Assembly (NCBI GenBank): GCA_963806185.1
Contig: CAWDXE010000007.1
Location: 576,001 to 640,000 of the forward strand
Length of the DNA: 64,000 bases
DNA from: an uncultured candidate division Zixibacteria bacterium
Lineage (GTDB): Bacteria > Zixibacteria > MSB-5A5 > GN15 > FEB-12
Direction of reading: 5' to 3'
This document shows, in pieces, positions 51,264 through 60,016 of the stretch. Under the pieces are notes generated by a model that saw only the letters and a program-made list of their open reading frames with translations, did no database searches and was not told the origin of the DNA. Both the position numbers and the translations under genes were made by a program. How positions within the stretch are numbered: the first letter of the stretch is position 1; every line of letters begins with the position of its first letter.

Positions 51264-52654
51264 TGCCCGGATTATTTCAGGGATTGGAGATCGGCAAGCG
51301 GGCGCTGATGACGCATCAGATGACCTTGCAGACGACCGGTCACAACATTGCCAACGTCGACACGCCCGGCTACACGCGTCAGCGGGTCAGAATCTCCGCC
51401 ACCAGTCCGGAAGCATCGCCCAAGGGTTCAATCGGGACCGGCGTGCAGGTCGACGATATCAATCAGATTCGCGATTATTTTCTCGGCGAGCAGTACCGGC
51501 AGGCGCAGAAATCGCTGGGGCAGTGGCAATACAAGGAGAAATCGCTCAACCAGCTTGAAGGGTTGTTCAACGAGCCGAACGACACGGCCATCAACGATCT
51601 CTTGAATCAGTTCTGGGCATCCTGGTCCGACCTGTCGACCAACTCGGATTCGACCAATAATCGCACCATGATCATTGCCCAGGCGCAGCAGTTGATTCAC
51701 GGCTTCAATCAACTGGCTACCAGCCTGACAGAACTTCGAAATGCAACTGATCGCGACGTACAAAATCTGATCGCCGACGTGAACAGCAAGACCAACGAAA
51801 TTGCCCGCCTCAACCGGCAAATTGCCACCGCTGAAGTCGATGGCAGCAAGGCCAACGACTTGCGCGATGCGCGCGACCTTTTGACCGACGAACTCGCGAG
51901 CATCATCGACGTGAGGACGATGGAAAAGCCGAATGGCTCCACGGTAGTGTCCATGGGCGCCATGAGCCTTGTGGACGGTGCGGAATCTTTCGCCATTGAC
52001 GCGACCGTGAAGAACGTGAACGGCCAGACGACCTCGTCGATCGTGTGGAAGGGCACGACGGTCAAACTTCGCAATCTCAGCGGAGAACTGGCCGGGCTGA
52101 CCGAAACGCGCGACATGGTCATTCCGGGGTACCTCGACAAGCTGAACAACCTGGCGCGCGGCATCGTAGAACGGGTCAACACACTGCACATGAGCGGATT
52201 CGATCTGAACGGCAATTCCGGCGTGGCCTTCTTTGATCCGCAGTATACCGACGCGGCCAATATCCGGATTAATCAGGACATACTCGTTGACACCAACCGG
52301 ATTGTGGCCTCTTCAGTGGCGACCGGCGACAATGTCATCGCGCTCGCAATTGCCGACCTGCGCAATCAATCGACTATGGAGAACAGTTCGAGCACCTTCA
52401 ACAACTATTACAACAGTCTGGTAGGTGGTCTCGGAGTGGAATCGGACGAGGCCAAGTCATTCTCGGCCAATTATGAGCTTCTGGTACAGCAAATAGACAA
52501 CTCGCGCCAGTCGGTACAGGGAGTATCACTGGACGAGGAAATGACGAATTTGATAAAGTCTCAGCACGCCTATGACGCGGCAGCGCGATTGATAACGACG
52601 ATGGACGAGGCGCTGCAAACGGTCATCACCGGCATGGGCGTCGTGGGACGTTAA
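51260..52654 (+). CDS. flgK: Hook-associated protein FlgK
   Basis: GHNIANVDTPGYTRQ, NDLRD.RD, GVSLDEE, AY.AAAR. Confidence 0.95.
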   Translation: MMPGLFQGLEIGKRALMTHQMTLQTTGHNIANVDTPGYTRQRVRISATSPEASPKGSIGTGVQVDDINQIRDYFLGEQYRQAQKSLGQWQYKEKSLNQLEGLFNEPNDTAINDLLNQFWASWSDLSTNSDSTNNRTMIIAQAQQLIHGFNQLATSLTELRNATDRDVQNLIADVNSKTNEIARLNRQIATAEVDGSKANDLRDARDLLTDELASIIDVRTMEKPNGSTVVSMGAMSLVDGAESFAIDATVKNVNGQTTSSIVWKGTTVKLRNLSGELAGLTETRDMVIPGYLDKLNNLARGIVERVNTLHMSGFDLNGNSGVAFFDPQYTDAANIRINQDILVDTNRIVASSVATGDNVIALAIADLRNQSTMENSSSTFNNYYNSLVGGLGVESDEAKSFSANYELLVQQIDNSRQSVQGVSLDEEMTNLIKSQHAYDAAARLITTMDEALQTVITGMGVVGR

Positions 52655-52696
52655 GCCACGGTTCCACGACGGAACCGGAGCACCACGGAGGGTATC

Positions 52697-53026
52697 GTGT
52701 TAATTCTGACAAGGAAGTTGGGTGAATCGATAACGATCGGCGACAACATCAAGGTCCAGGTGCTGGGTATCCGGGGCCGGCAAGTTCGCCTGGGAATCGA
52801 AGCACCAGACAATGTCGTAGTACACCGCGAGGAGATCTACGTCAAGATCCAGGCGGAGAATCGCAAAGCCCAGGGAACGGTGAGCAAGGATCTTCTGGGG
52901 ATGGTAAAGATGATCAAGGGGAAGATTACCGGCGATCCCGAGCGGAAGGATCACCCGACAATTGACTACCGGGATAAGCCCGGGCCGGGATCCGACAAGG
53001 GCAACCGCCCCACGAATGGAAGTTGA
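52697..53026 (+). CDS. csrA: Carbon storage regulator CsrA with C-terminal extension
   Basis: [15 protein letters not shown]...[16 protein letters not shown]. Confidence 0.95.
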   Translation: MLILTRKLGESITIGDNIKVQVLGIRGRQVRLGIEAPDNVVVHREEIYVKIQAENRKAQGTVSKDLLGMVKMIKGKITGDPERKDHPTIDYRDKPGPGSDKGNRPTNGS

Positions 53027-53041
53027 GAACGAGGCCAGCGT

Positions 53042-54961
53042 ATGCGCGTCACAAACGGGATGATCACGAATCAGGTGATGTTCAACACCCAGCGGGCGTT
53101 GAAACGATATGTCAATCTGCAGTCCAACATGTCGAGCGGACGGCGAATCAATCAGCCGTCGGACGATCCGCTCGGAACGCTCAGGGATCTTAACTACCGT
53201 ACGGAGCTTGCCAAAATCGACCAGTTTCAGAAGAACATCAGTACTGGTCAGAACTGGCTGAAGACGTATGACAATTCGCTGGCGGAGATAAAGGACTTCA
53301 TTTCGACGGCGAAGGAAGTTGCCGTCGCCATGTCCAACGGGACCTACGACGCAACGGCGCGCGACGCTTCGGCAACCGAGATTGAATCGATTTTCAAACA
53401 GATCATCCAGACGGGCAATTCGCAGCTGGAGGATCGGCAGATCTACGCGGGATTTCTGACGCAGACTACCCCACTAATGGTCGGCACCAACGGTGTCGTG
53501 TACAACGGCGATACCGGTGCCATGGAGTTTGAGGTTGAATCGCAACTGCGAATGCAGATCAACCTGAACGGCTCGGATGTCTTCCTGAAGCAATTATCGA
53601 CACTCGGTGAAGATGCGGACCTGAATGTGGGCATGCGATCGACGATCCTGCTCTCGGCTCTGCACAATGGATCCGGCGTCGATCTGACCCCCGGGACATT
53701 CACTGTCACGGACAAAAACCTCGGGACCTCCGTAACGATTGACGTCAGCGCGGCGACGACGCTTCAGGACGCCCTGACGGCCATCAACGCCCAACTCACG
53801 GCTGCCGGGATGACCAATCTGTCAATTTCGCACAAACCGGGGGAAAATGCCCTGAGTATTGATACCACGGCCACAGGGCAGATTGCGCCCGTAACGTCGC
53901 TGGGGAATCTTCGCAACGGCGCCGGCATAGATCTGTCCTCCGGGCGGTTGCGCGTGACCGACGGCGCAGGCATCGATGTGTCGGTCGACATGTCGGGCGC
54001 TCTGACCGTCAATGATGTCATAACGAAATTCAACAATGCGATGACCGCGGCCGGAGTCGCCAATGTGACGATGGGAATTAACGCCGCCGGAACCGGCTTT
54101 GGCATTCTCGATACCAACGGGATCCCGCTGGGGCTATCGATCGAAAACTATCCCAATGAGACAGCTATCGCCTCCGTGCTGGGCATTGCCGGCGCGGTAG
54201 GCACTGAATTGGTGGGCGCCGCGCTGGAACCGCAACCGGCGCTCGAAATAGCAGAGACCACGGGCACGATTGCCCAGGACCTGGGGCTGAAGGGTGTATA
54301 CACGACCGACAAGACGGGCAACGACCTCGATCCGCGGCTGACTGCCACGGCGCTCTTGGCGGATATACGAGCCGGAGCGGGATTCAGCCGCGGCCGCATG
54401 GTCATGTGGCAGGGCACCAGTAACGCCACGATAGACCTTTCGGACCCGACGCTGGTCACCGTGCAGGATTTACTCGACCGGATCAACAGCACGGGCCTGA
54501 ATATCACCGCCTCGATCAATGAGTCCGGGCGTGGCATTCAGATTGCCAACAATGATTCCAATATGTCATTTACGATCGAGGACAGCGGCACCGGTCACTC
54601 GTCGAAGGATCTCGGCGTTTACGGCTCCAGCGACATGATGGGTTCGTTGCTGTCGCTGGTGAATGCCCTGCGCGATGACGATCAGGAGGGGGCCGGCTTA
54701 CTGCTCCAGAATATGGACGACTCCATTCAGCACCTTCTGAACATGCGGTCGACGGTGGGCGCGCGTACAAACCGTCTGGAAAGCATCGACAGCCGCATGA
54801 CCAATCAGAAGCTGTCGTTTACCAAGTTGTTGTCCGACGTCGAAGACGCGGACCTGACCGAGTTGGCCACTGAACTGGCTACGCGGGAGAACAGTTATCA
54901 GGCGGCGCTCCTGGCGTCGGCCAAACTCCTGCAGCCATCACTTTTGGACTTTATTGATTAG
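53042..54961 (+). CDS. flgL: Hook-associated protein FlgL (long, with internal repeats)
   Basis: MRVT, SSG.RI..PSDDP, S.VEDAD, YQAAL...SLLDF. Confidence 0.92.
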   Translation: MRVTNGMITNQVMFNTQRALKRYVNLQSNMSSGRRINQPSDDPLGTLRDLNYRTELAKIDQFQKNISTGQNWLKTYDNSLAEIKDFISTAKEVAVAMSNGTYDATARDASATEIESIFKQIIQTGNSQLEDRQIYAGFLTQTTPLMVGTNGVVYNGDTGAMEFEVESQLRMQINLNGSDVFLKQLSTLGEDADLNVGMRSTILLSALHNGSGVDLTPGTFTVTDKNLGTSVTIDVSAATTLQDALTAINAQLTAAGMTNLSISHKPGENALSIDTTATGQIAPVTSLGNLRNGAGIDLSSGRLRVTDGAGIDVSVDMSGALTVNDVITKFNNAMTAAGVANVTMGINAAGTGFGILDTNGIPLGLSIENYPNETAIASVLGIAGAVGTELVGAALEPQPALEIAETTGTIAQDLGLKGVYTTDKTGNDLDPRLTATALLADIRAGAGFSRGRMVMWQGTSNATIDLSDPTLVTVQDLLDRINSTGLNITASINESGRGIQIANNDSNMSFTIEDSGTGHSSKDLGVYGSSDMMGSLLSLVNALRDDDQEGAGLLLQNMDDSIQHLLNMRSTVGARTNRLESIDSRMTNQKLSFTKLLSDVEDADLTELATELATRENSYQAALLASAKLLQPSLLDFID

Positions 54962-54977
54962 GTATAGAGGAGTGAAC

Positions 54978-55451
54978 ATGCTGGTGCGCACTTTGCGGTT
55001 TGGCCAAATGGACGTGCCCGACGACAAGATCATCACCATGGAACGACCGATCCTCGGATTCGAGTCGCTGACCAGTTTCTGCCTCATCTCGATGGAGGAA
55101 CTGACGCCGTTCATGTGGTTGCAGTCGACGGAAAATTCCGGTGTTGCCTTTCTGGTGGTGAACCCGGCAATTTTCTTCCCGGATTATCGCATAGAGATCA
55201 ACTCAAACGAGATTGCCGAACTGCGCGTCCGGCATGTCGAAGCGGTTGAAACGTATGCTATCGTGACGCTGGCCGAGAATCCGGCGGAGATCTCCGTCAA
55301 TCTCCAGGGACCGCTGCTCATCAACACCGATAACAACAAGGCCAAGCAGCTGGTTCTGGTCAACTCGCCGTATCGGGTACGCCATGGCTTGCTCGAAGCG
55401 GTGGGTGAAGGCTCCGGCGCTGTTTTTGCCCCCGATTACGCCTCGGTATAA
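54978..55451 (+). CDS. fliW: Flagellar assembly factor FliW
   Basis: T.RFG, WLQS, F.VVNP..F.P.Y, NLQGP..IN....AKQ.VL. Confidence 0.93.
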   Translation: MLVRTLRFGQMDVPDDKIITMERPILGFESLTSFCLISMEELTPFMWLQSTENSGVAFLVVNPAIFFPDYRIEINSNEIAELRVRHVEAVETYAIVTLAENPAEISVNLQGPLLINTDNNKAKQLVLVNSPYRVRHGLLEAVGEGSGAVFAPDYASV

Positions 55452-55513
55452 GGAGCGAGAGCCCGCGGTCCGACCGCGACGACAGGGATGTTTATACGGA
55501 TAGGAAGTCCACA

Positions 55514-57112
55514 ATGCCACGAGTCCGCGAAGATGAATTATTCGAGTCCGGCCGCTTGTCGGCCGCGCCTGTCTTAATCGATCAAGCCAACCGTCATCTG
55601 GAACGGGGCGATCTTCGCTCAGCATATACCTGCCTGGAGCGAGTGACCGAACTTGCCCCCGACAGCGTCCAGGCCCGGATTATGGCCGGCCTGCTGGCCA
55701 TTCGACTTGACGATCTGGTTGCCGCTCGGGGCCAGCTTGAGGCCGCCGTTCGCATCGCCCCGACGAATTCGGACGCCCACCACAATCTTGCGCTGGTTTA
55801 TCTCCTGCAAAACGATTATGTCGGCGCTCTGGCCCGGTTTCGCATCATGCTGAAGCTAGGACAGAACTCGGCGGCCGTGCTCAACGATCTCGCGGTCGTG
55901 TACGCGCATTTGGGACGACCCGGGCGGGCGCTCGTATGCTACCGTCGGGCGTTGCTTCTCGACCCCAATGACAGCCGCACGCGCAACAATGCCATGCAAT
56001 ACTGTCTGGAACAGGGCTACCTGGCTCAGGGAGTGCGGATGCTTGACCGGCAGGCCAATTCGCGACGGCTTACTTCGGTGGCCCAGGCGGAAGGCCGGAG
56101 GTGGCATCAGATCTTTGCGGGAGCTCGGCAAGTAACCATCAGGAATCTGGTAGAGTCGACGGCCCCGAAACTGAGCGGAGCCAAGATCGCCTTCTTCGCG
56201 AGCCACCAGACTTTCCTCACCGAAATCATGTCTTCCGTCGCCCGATCGAATCAGACGAAGGTTTACGACGGTGCCGAAGGCAGCGACATGACGGGGTTGA
56301 TGCGCTGGGCTGACGTAGCCTGGTTCGAATGGTGTGATCAACTTCTCATCGACGCTACCAAACTGAAAAAGACCTGCCCGATAGTCTGCCGTATCCATAG
56401 TTACGAAGTGTTTTCGGATATGCCGAGACAGGTTGACTGGTCCAAAGTCGATCAGATCATTTTCGTAAACGAGTCGGTCCGCGAACTATTCGAACAGCAA
56501 ACTAAGACTCCGGTACGGAAGGTAGTCATTCACAACGGGCTTGACCTGGCGCGATTCCCCCTGAAGACAGACAAACCGCGGACCAAGCGAATCGGGTCGG
56601 TGGGATATATCAATTACAAGAAGAATCCCGGGCTCCTCCTCTACTGTTTCAAAAAGATTCATGAATACGACTCCGACTACACGCTGCATATCGCCGGGGA
56701 ACACCAGGATCCCAGAATATTGCTCTATATGCAGAACTTCCTCCGCCGCCACCCGCTTCCGGTGGTATTCAATGGCTGGGTGAAGGATATGCCTGAATGG
56801 TACGCCGATAAGGACTTCGTCATCTCGACGTCGCTCTTTGAATCGTTCCACTATTCCATCGCGGAAGGGATGGCCAGCGGCGTACTGCCACTGATTCACG
56901 ATTGGTACGGTGCGGACAAACTGTATCCCGGCCAATTCATGTTTAGTGATCCGGACGACTGTCTGAGGCTGGTACGTTCGCTGGAGACGGCCGATCTCCC
57001 AAGGCTTCGCGCCGACAATCGGCAATTCATCGCCTCCCGATACAATCAGGCCGAGCGCATAGCCGACATTGAGGCGACTCTCCACCGAGTACTCAAGCAG
57101 AACCGAGGGTGA
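55514..57112 (+). CDS. TPR + GT-B (GT4-like) glycosyltransferase
   Basis: N-terminal TPRs, RIHSYE, I.NG.D, KNP, S..ESF...I.EGMASG. Confidence 0.85.
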   Translation: MPRVREDELFESGRLSAAPVLIDQANRHLERGDLRSAYTCLERVTELAPDSVQARIMAGLLAIRLDDLVAARGQLEAAVRIAPTNSDAHHNLALVYLLQNDYVGALARFRIMLKLGQNSAAVLNDLAVVYAHLGRPGRALVCYRRALLLDPNDSRTRNNAMQYCLEQGYLAQGVRMLDRQANSRRLTSVAQAEGRRWHQIFAGARQVTIRNLVESTAPKLSGAKIAFFASHQTFLTEIMSSVARSNQTKVYDGAEGSDMTGLMRWADVAWFEWCDQLLIDATKLKKTCPIVCRIHSYEVFSDMPRQVDWSKVDQIIFVNESVRELFEQQTKTPVRKVVIHNGLDLARFPLKTDKPRTKRIGSVGYINYKKNPGLLLYCFKKIHEYDSDYTLHIAGEHQDPRILLYMQNFLRRHPLPVVFNGWVKDMPEWYADKDFVISTSLFESFHYSIAEGMASGVLPLIHDWYGADKLYPGQFMFSDPDDCLRLVRSLETADLPRLRADNRQFIASRYNQAERIADIEATLHRVLKQNRG

Positions 57113-57119
57113 ATGGGAG

Positions 57120-59756
57120 ATGAAACGGAACAATCCAGGAAATAAGTCGCAGAAGAACTCCGAGAGGAACTGCTTAACACGGTCGTCCGGACCGGAGCCG
57201 ATCATTCGTCGCGCCGAAGCGTTGCTCAAGGCCGGAAATTACGCCTTATCCGTGGCGAAAATCGATGAGGCAACGTCCTTTCTGCCGTTTGATGACCCGT
57301 TACTCACCGGACGGCTTCTCCGGGTTCGGGCGTTTGCCGAGGTGCATTCCGGCCGATTGTCCGTGGCCGAGGATGCCGCAGTCCTCGGGCAACTGATGTT
57401 CCCCGAAGTGCTCGATTTTCCGTTTGCGCTTTGTTCCGTCAAGCTGGCCATAAAGGATTATGCCGGAGCCCGGCTGGCCGGGGAACGGTTCCTAAAGTTG
57501 CGAGAGCAAAAGCGGGGAACTGCAATTGCCCTCAAACAGCTTAATGCTGCCGGTGGTCAAGTCGCGGAGGTCTTCCTCTGGATCGGCATAGCCTGCAAAC
57601 AGTCCGGAGCGACCAAAGATGCCCGGTCGTATCTGAATGAAGCCATCAAAGCCGACTCCAAAGCGCCGACGCCGTATGTTGAACTGGCGACGATGCTGCG
57701 ATCGATGGGTCAGGACGCCGAAGCGCGAAGCATCATCGATCAGGGCCGTTCGGCCTGTCGGACGTCGACCGAACTTCGCCTGCTGGCTGAATCATTCAAG
57801 GCCGGACCGACCATCAGCGCCTGCATGATTGTGAAGGACGAGGAAGAACTTCTGCCCGGCTGCCTCGATTCAATACGCGACTGGGTCGATGAAATCGTCG
57901 TGGTGGACACCGGTTCCGCTGATCGAACGGTCGCCATTGCTCGATCGTATGGTGCGCAAGTCTTCCACCAGCAATGGGAAGGCGATTTTTCCAAACATCG
58001 CAACTACTCGCTCGATCAGGCCACGAGCGACTGGATTCTGATTATTGACGCTGACGAGCGAATGGTCGAGGAAGACTTTCCTGCCGTACGCCGGTTACTT
58101 GAGAATCCGCAGTACTCGGCGATTGCCATAAGCGTCTTCAATGTGTACGAGAACAAGCACGCCGAAACGTTTCTCCCGTCGATACGGTTCTTCCGCCGAT
58201 CGCTCAACCTTCGATACGACGGCATAGTGCACAATACGCTTGTTTATCCGGCTGATCTCCCGATTGCACGAGCCAACGTCAGCTTGAAGCATCTCGGCTA
58301 CGGCCTGAGTGAAGAAAAGATGCGTCTGAAACTGAATCGCACGAAGGAGCTGCTCCGAAAGCAATTGGCGGAAAATCCACATCATGGTTTCGCCTGGTTC
58401 AATCTGGCCCAGGCGCTGAGGGGCGAGGCTGCCGCCTTCGATGCGGACACGACAAACGAGGTTATCGAAGCGGCCACAAAAGCGGTCGCTCTCACCAGCG
58501 CGGACGATGCCGCGACACGTCACATTCACCTCATGGCTCTGGACCAATTGGCCTGGGCGCATTTCGGCCAAGGATCGTATACCCAGGCGGCCGGCTTTGC
58601 GCAACGGGCGTTGAGCACGAAACCGAATTACCTTGATCCGTTGCTCCTGCTTGGCCACGTCCATGCCAGGCAGCAACACTATGTCGACGCCGAGCAGGCG
58701 TACCGGAAATATCTCGAAGTTCAGGCAACTTACAATTCGGCTCAGGAAGTCGATAACATCATTCTCCTGCATCTTGATAGTCGCGCGACGGCCTACTTCG
58801 CACTCGGGACGATTGCCGAGATCCAGAGTGATTCCTGCCGCGCCATCAAGCACTATCACGAAACGATCGCCCTTAATCCGAATCACCTCGACGTCCATGA
58901 ACGACTGGCCCGTCTTGCTCTTGGCGAGGGAGACCTGACCGAGGCGGAAGCATCGTATAGCACTCACTTAACTTACCATCCGGAGGCGACAGACTCGCGG
59001 TTGGGGTTGGCGTACATCAAATGGTCGAAGGGGGATCAGGTCAGTGCCGAACGGCTGTATTTGGAGGTGCTCGACCTCCAGCCGGAGAACTGGACGGCGT
59101 TGTCGAAACTCAGCCGGCTCTATCTGCAATTTGGCCACGGCAAAAAACTGGAGGCCATGCTGGGACAAGCCGTTCAGTTGGCGGAACGCTGCAACCAACA
59201 CGAACAAGAGCTGGCCTCGCTTATGTTCGCTTGCGGGCGCTGGGGTGAGGCAGCCGACTGGTACGCGAAGGCGATTGAAAAGGACCCGCGTGACGCTGCT
59301 CTTCACAACGATTTGGGCAACTGCTACTTCAAGCAAAGTCAGTTCGAAGAGGCTGAGAGGCAATACCGAAAGTCGTTGGAGCAGGGGGACATTCAGCCAA
59401 TCGCGTGGCGCAATCTCGCCCTCGTGCAGGCGCGAAACGGGAATTACCCGGCAGCCGCGGACTCACTCGAGGAATTCGTCGCCAAACAATCCGACGCGGC
59501 GGAGAATCTCCTGCTGTTGGCCGATATCTATTTCCAGGGTGCTAATTACGGGGCGGCAATCAAGACATATGAGCGCTACTTACTAGCGAATCCGAAGGAT
59601 GTGCGGGCGCTCTTTGGTCTGGCGGAGACGTATCTCGCTATGGGACATAGGGATTCGGCCGCCTTGGGGTATCGAAGAGTCCTGGCGATTGATCCGGATT
59701 TTGACCCGGCAAATCGAAGGATCCGCGAACTCGAGAAATCGGGCGCTGCCTACTGA
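57120..59756 (+). CDS. TPR-GT2-TPR glycosyltransferase, probable flagellin glycosylation
   Basis: ISACMIVKDEE, VVDTGS.D.T, DFS..RN, DADE, HLGY, flanked by many TPRs. Confidence 0.88.
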   Translation: MKRNNPGNKSQKNSERNCLTRSSGPEPIIRRAEALLKAGNYALSVAKIDEATSFLPFDDPLLTGRLLRVRAFAEVHSGRLSVAEDAAVLGQLMFPEVLDFPFALCSVKLAIKDYAGARLAGERFLKLREQKRGTAIALKQLNAAGGQVAEVFLWIGIACKQSGATKDARSYLNEAIKADSKAPTPYVELATMLRSMGQDAEARSIIDQGRSACRTSTELRLLAESFKAGPTISACMIVKDEEELLPGCLDSIRDWVDEIVVVDTGSADRTVAIARSYGAQVFHQQWEGDFSKHRNYSLDQATSDWILIIDADERMVEEDFPAVRRLLENPQYSAIAISVFNVYENKHAETFLPSIRFFRRSLNLRYDGIVHNTLVYPADLPIARANVSLKHLGYGLSEEKMRLKLNRTKELLRKQLAENPHHGFAWFNLAQALRGEAAAFDADTTNEVIEAATKAVALTSADDAATRHIHLMALDQLAWAHFGQGSYTQAAGFAQRALSTKPNYLDPLLLLGHVHARQQHYVDAEQAYRKYLEVQATYNSAQEVDNIILLHLDSRATAYFALGTIAEIQSDSCRAIKHYHETIALNPNHLDVHERLARLALGEGDLTEAEASYSTHLTYHPEATDSRLGLAYIKWSKGDQVSAERLYLEVLDLQPENWTALSKLSRLYLQFGHGKKLEAMLGQAVQLAERCNQHEQELASLMFACGRWGEAADWYAKAIEKDPRDAALHNDLGNCYFKQSQFEEAERQYRKSLEQGDIQPIAWRNLALVQARNGNYPAAADSLEEFVAKQSDAAENLLLLADIYFQGANYGAAIKTYERYLLANPKDVRALFGLAETYLAMGHRDSAALGYRRVLAIDPDFDPANRRIRELEKSGAAY

Positions 59757-59797
59757 AGGTGGACACGGAAATAGATAAAAGAGGGGCGGTTTAACCG

Positions 59798-59824
59798 TTA
59801 AGTCTAAGCTTGATCTGCCGATGA
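59798..59824 (+). promoter_or_regulatory. sigma28 promoter of flagellin
   Basis: TTAAG-N14-GCCGATGA. Confidence 0.65.
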
Positions 59825-60016
59825 ACGGATCATGAATACTGGGAAAGGTATTAATACAGCTATTAAGGAAATTAAGCTGAAGGAGGTAACTGGGGAGATT
59901 TGCGTACGTCAGCGGTCATCGGAAACGGCTGCGACTCAACCGAAAAACATCGGAAGTGATATGTCACCAATGAAAACAGGGACGGAAACCTGAAATACAT
60001 TCAAGGAGGATGACAC
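59825..60016 (+). promoter_or_regulatory. Flagellin 5' leader with multiple GGA (CsrA-type) motifs
   Basis: 11 GGA trinucleotides, several in hairpin loops, the last two in the RBS. Confidence 0.65.
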
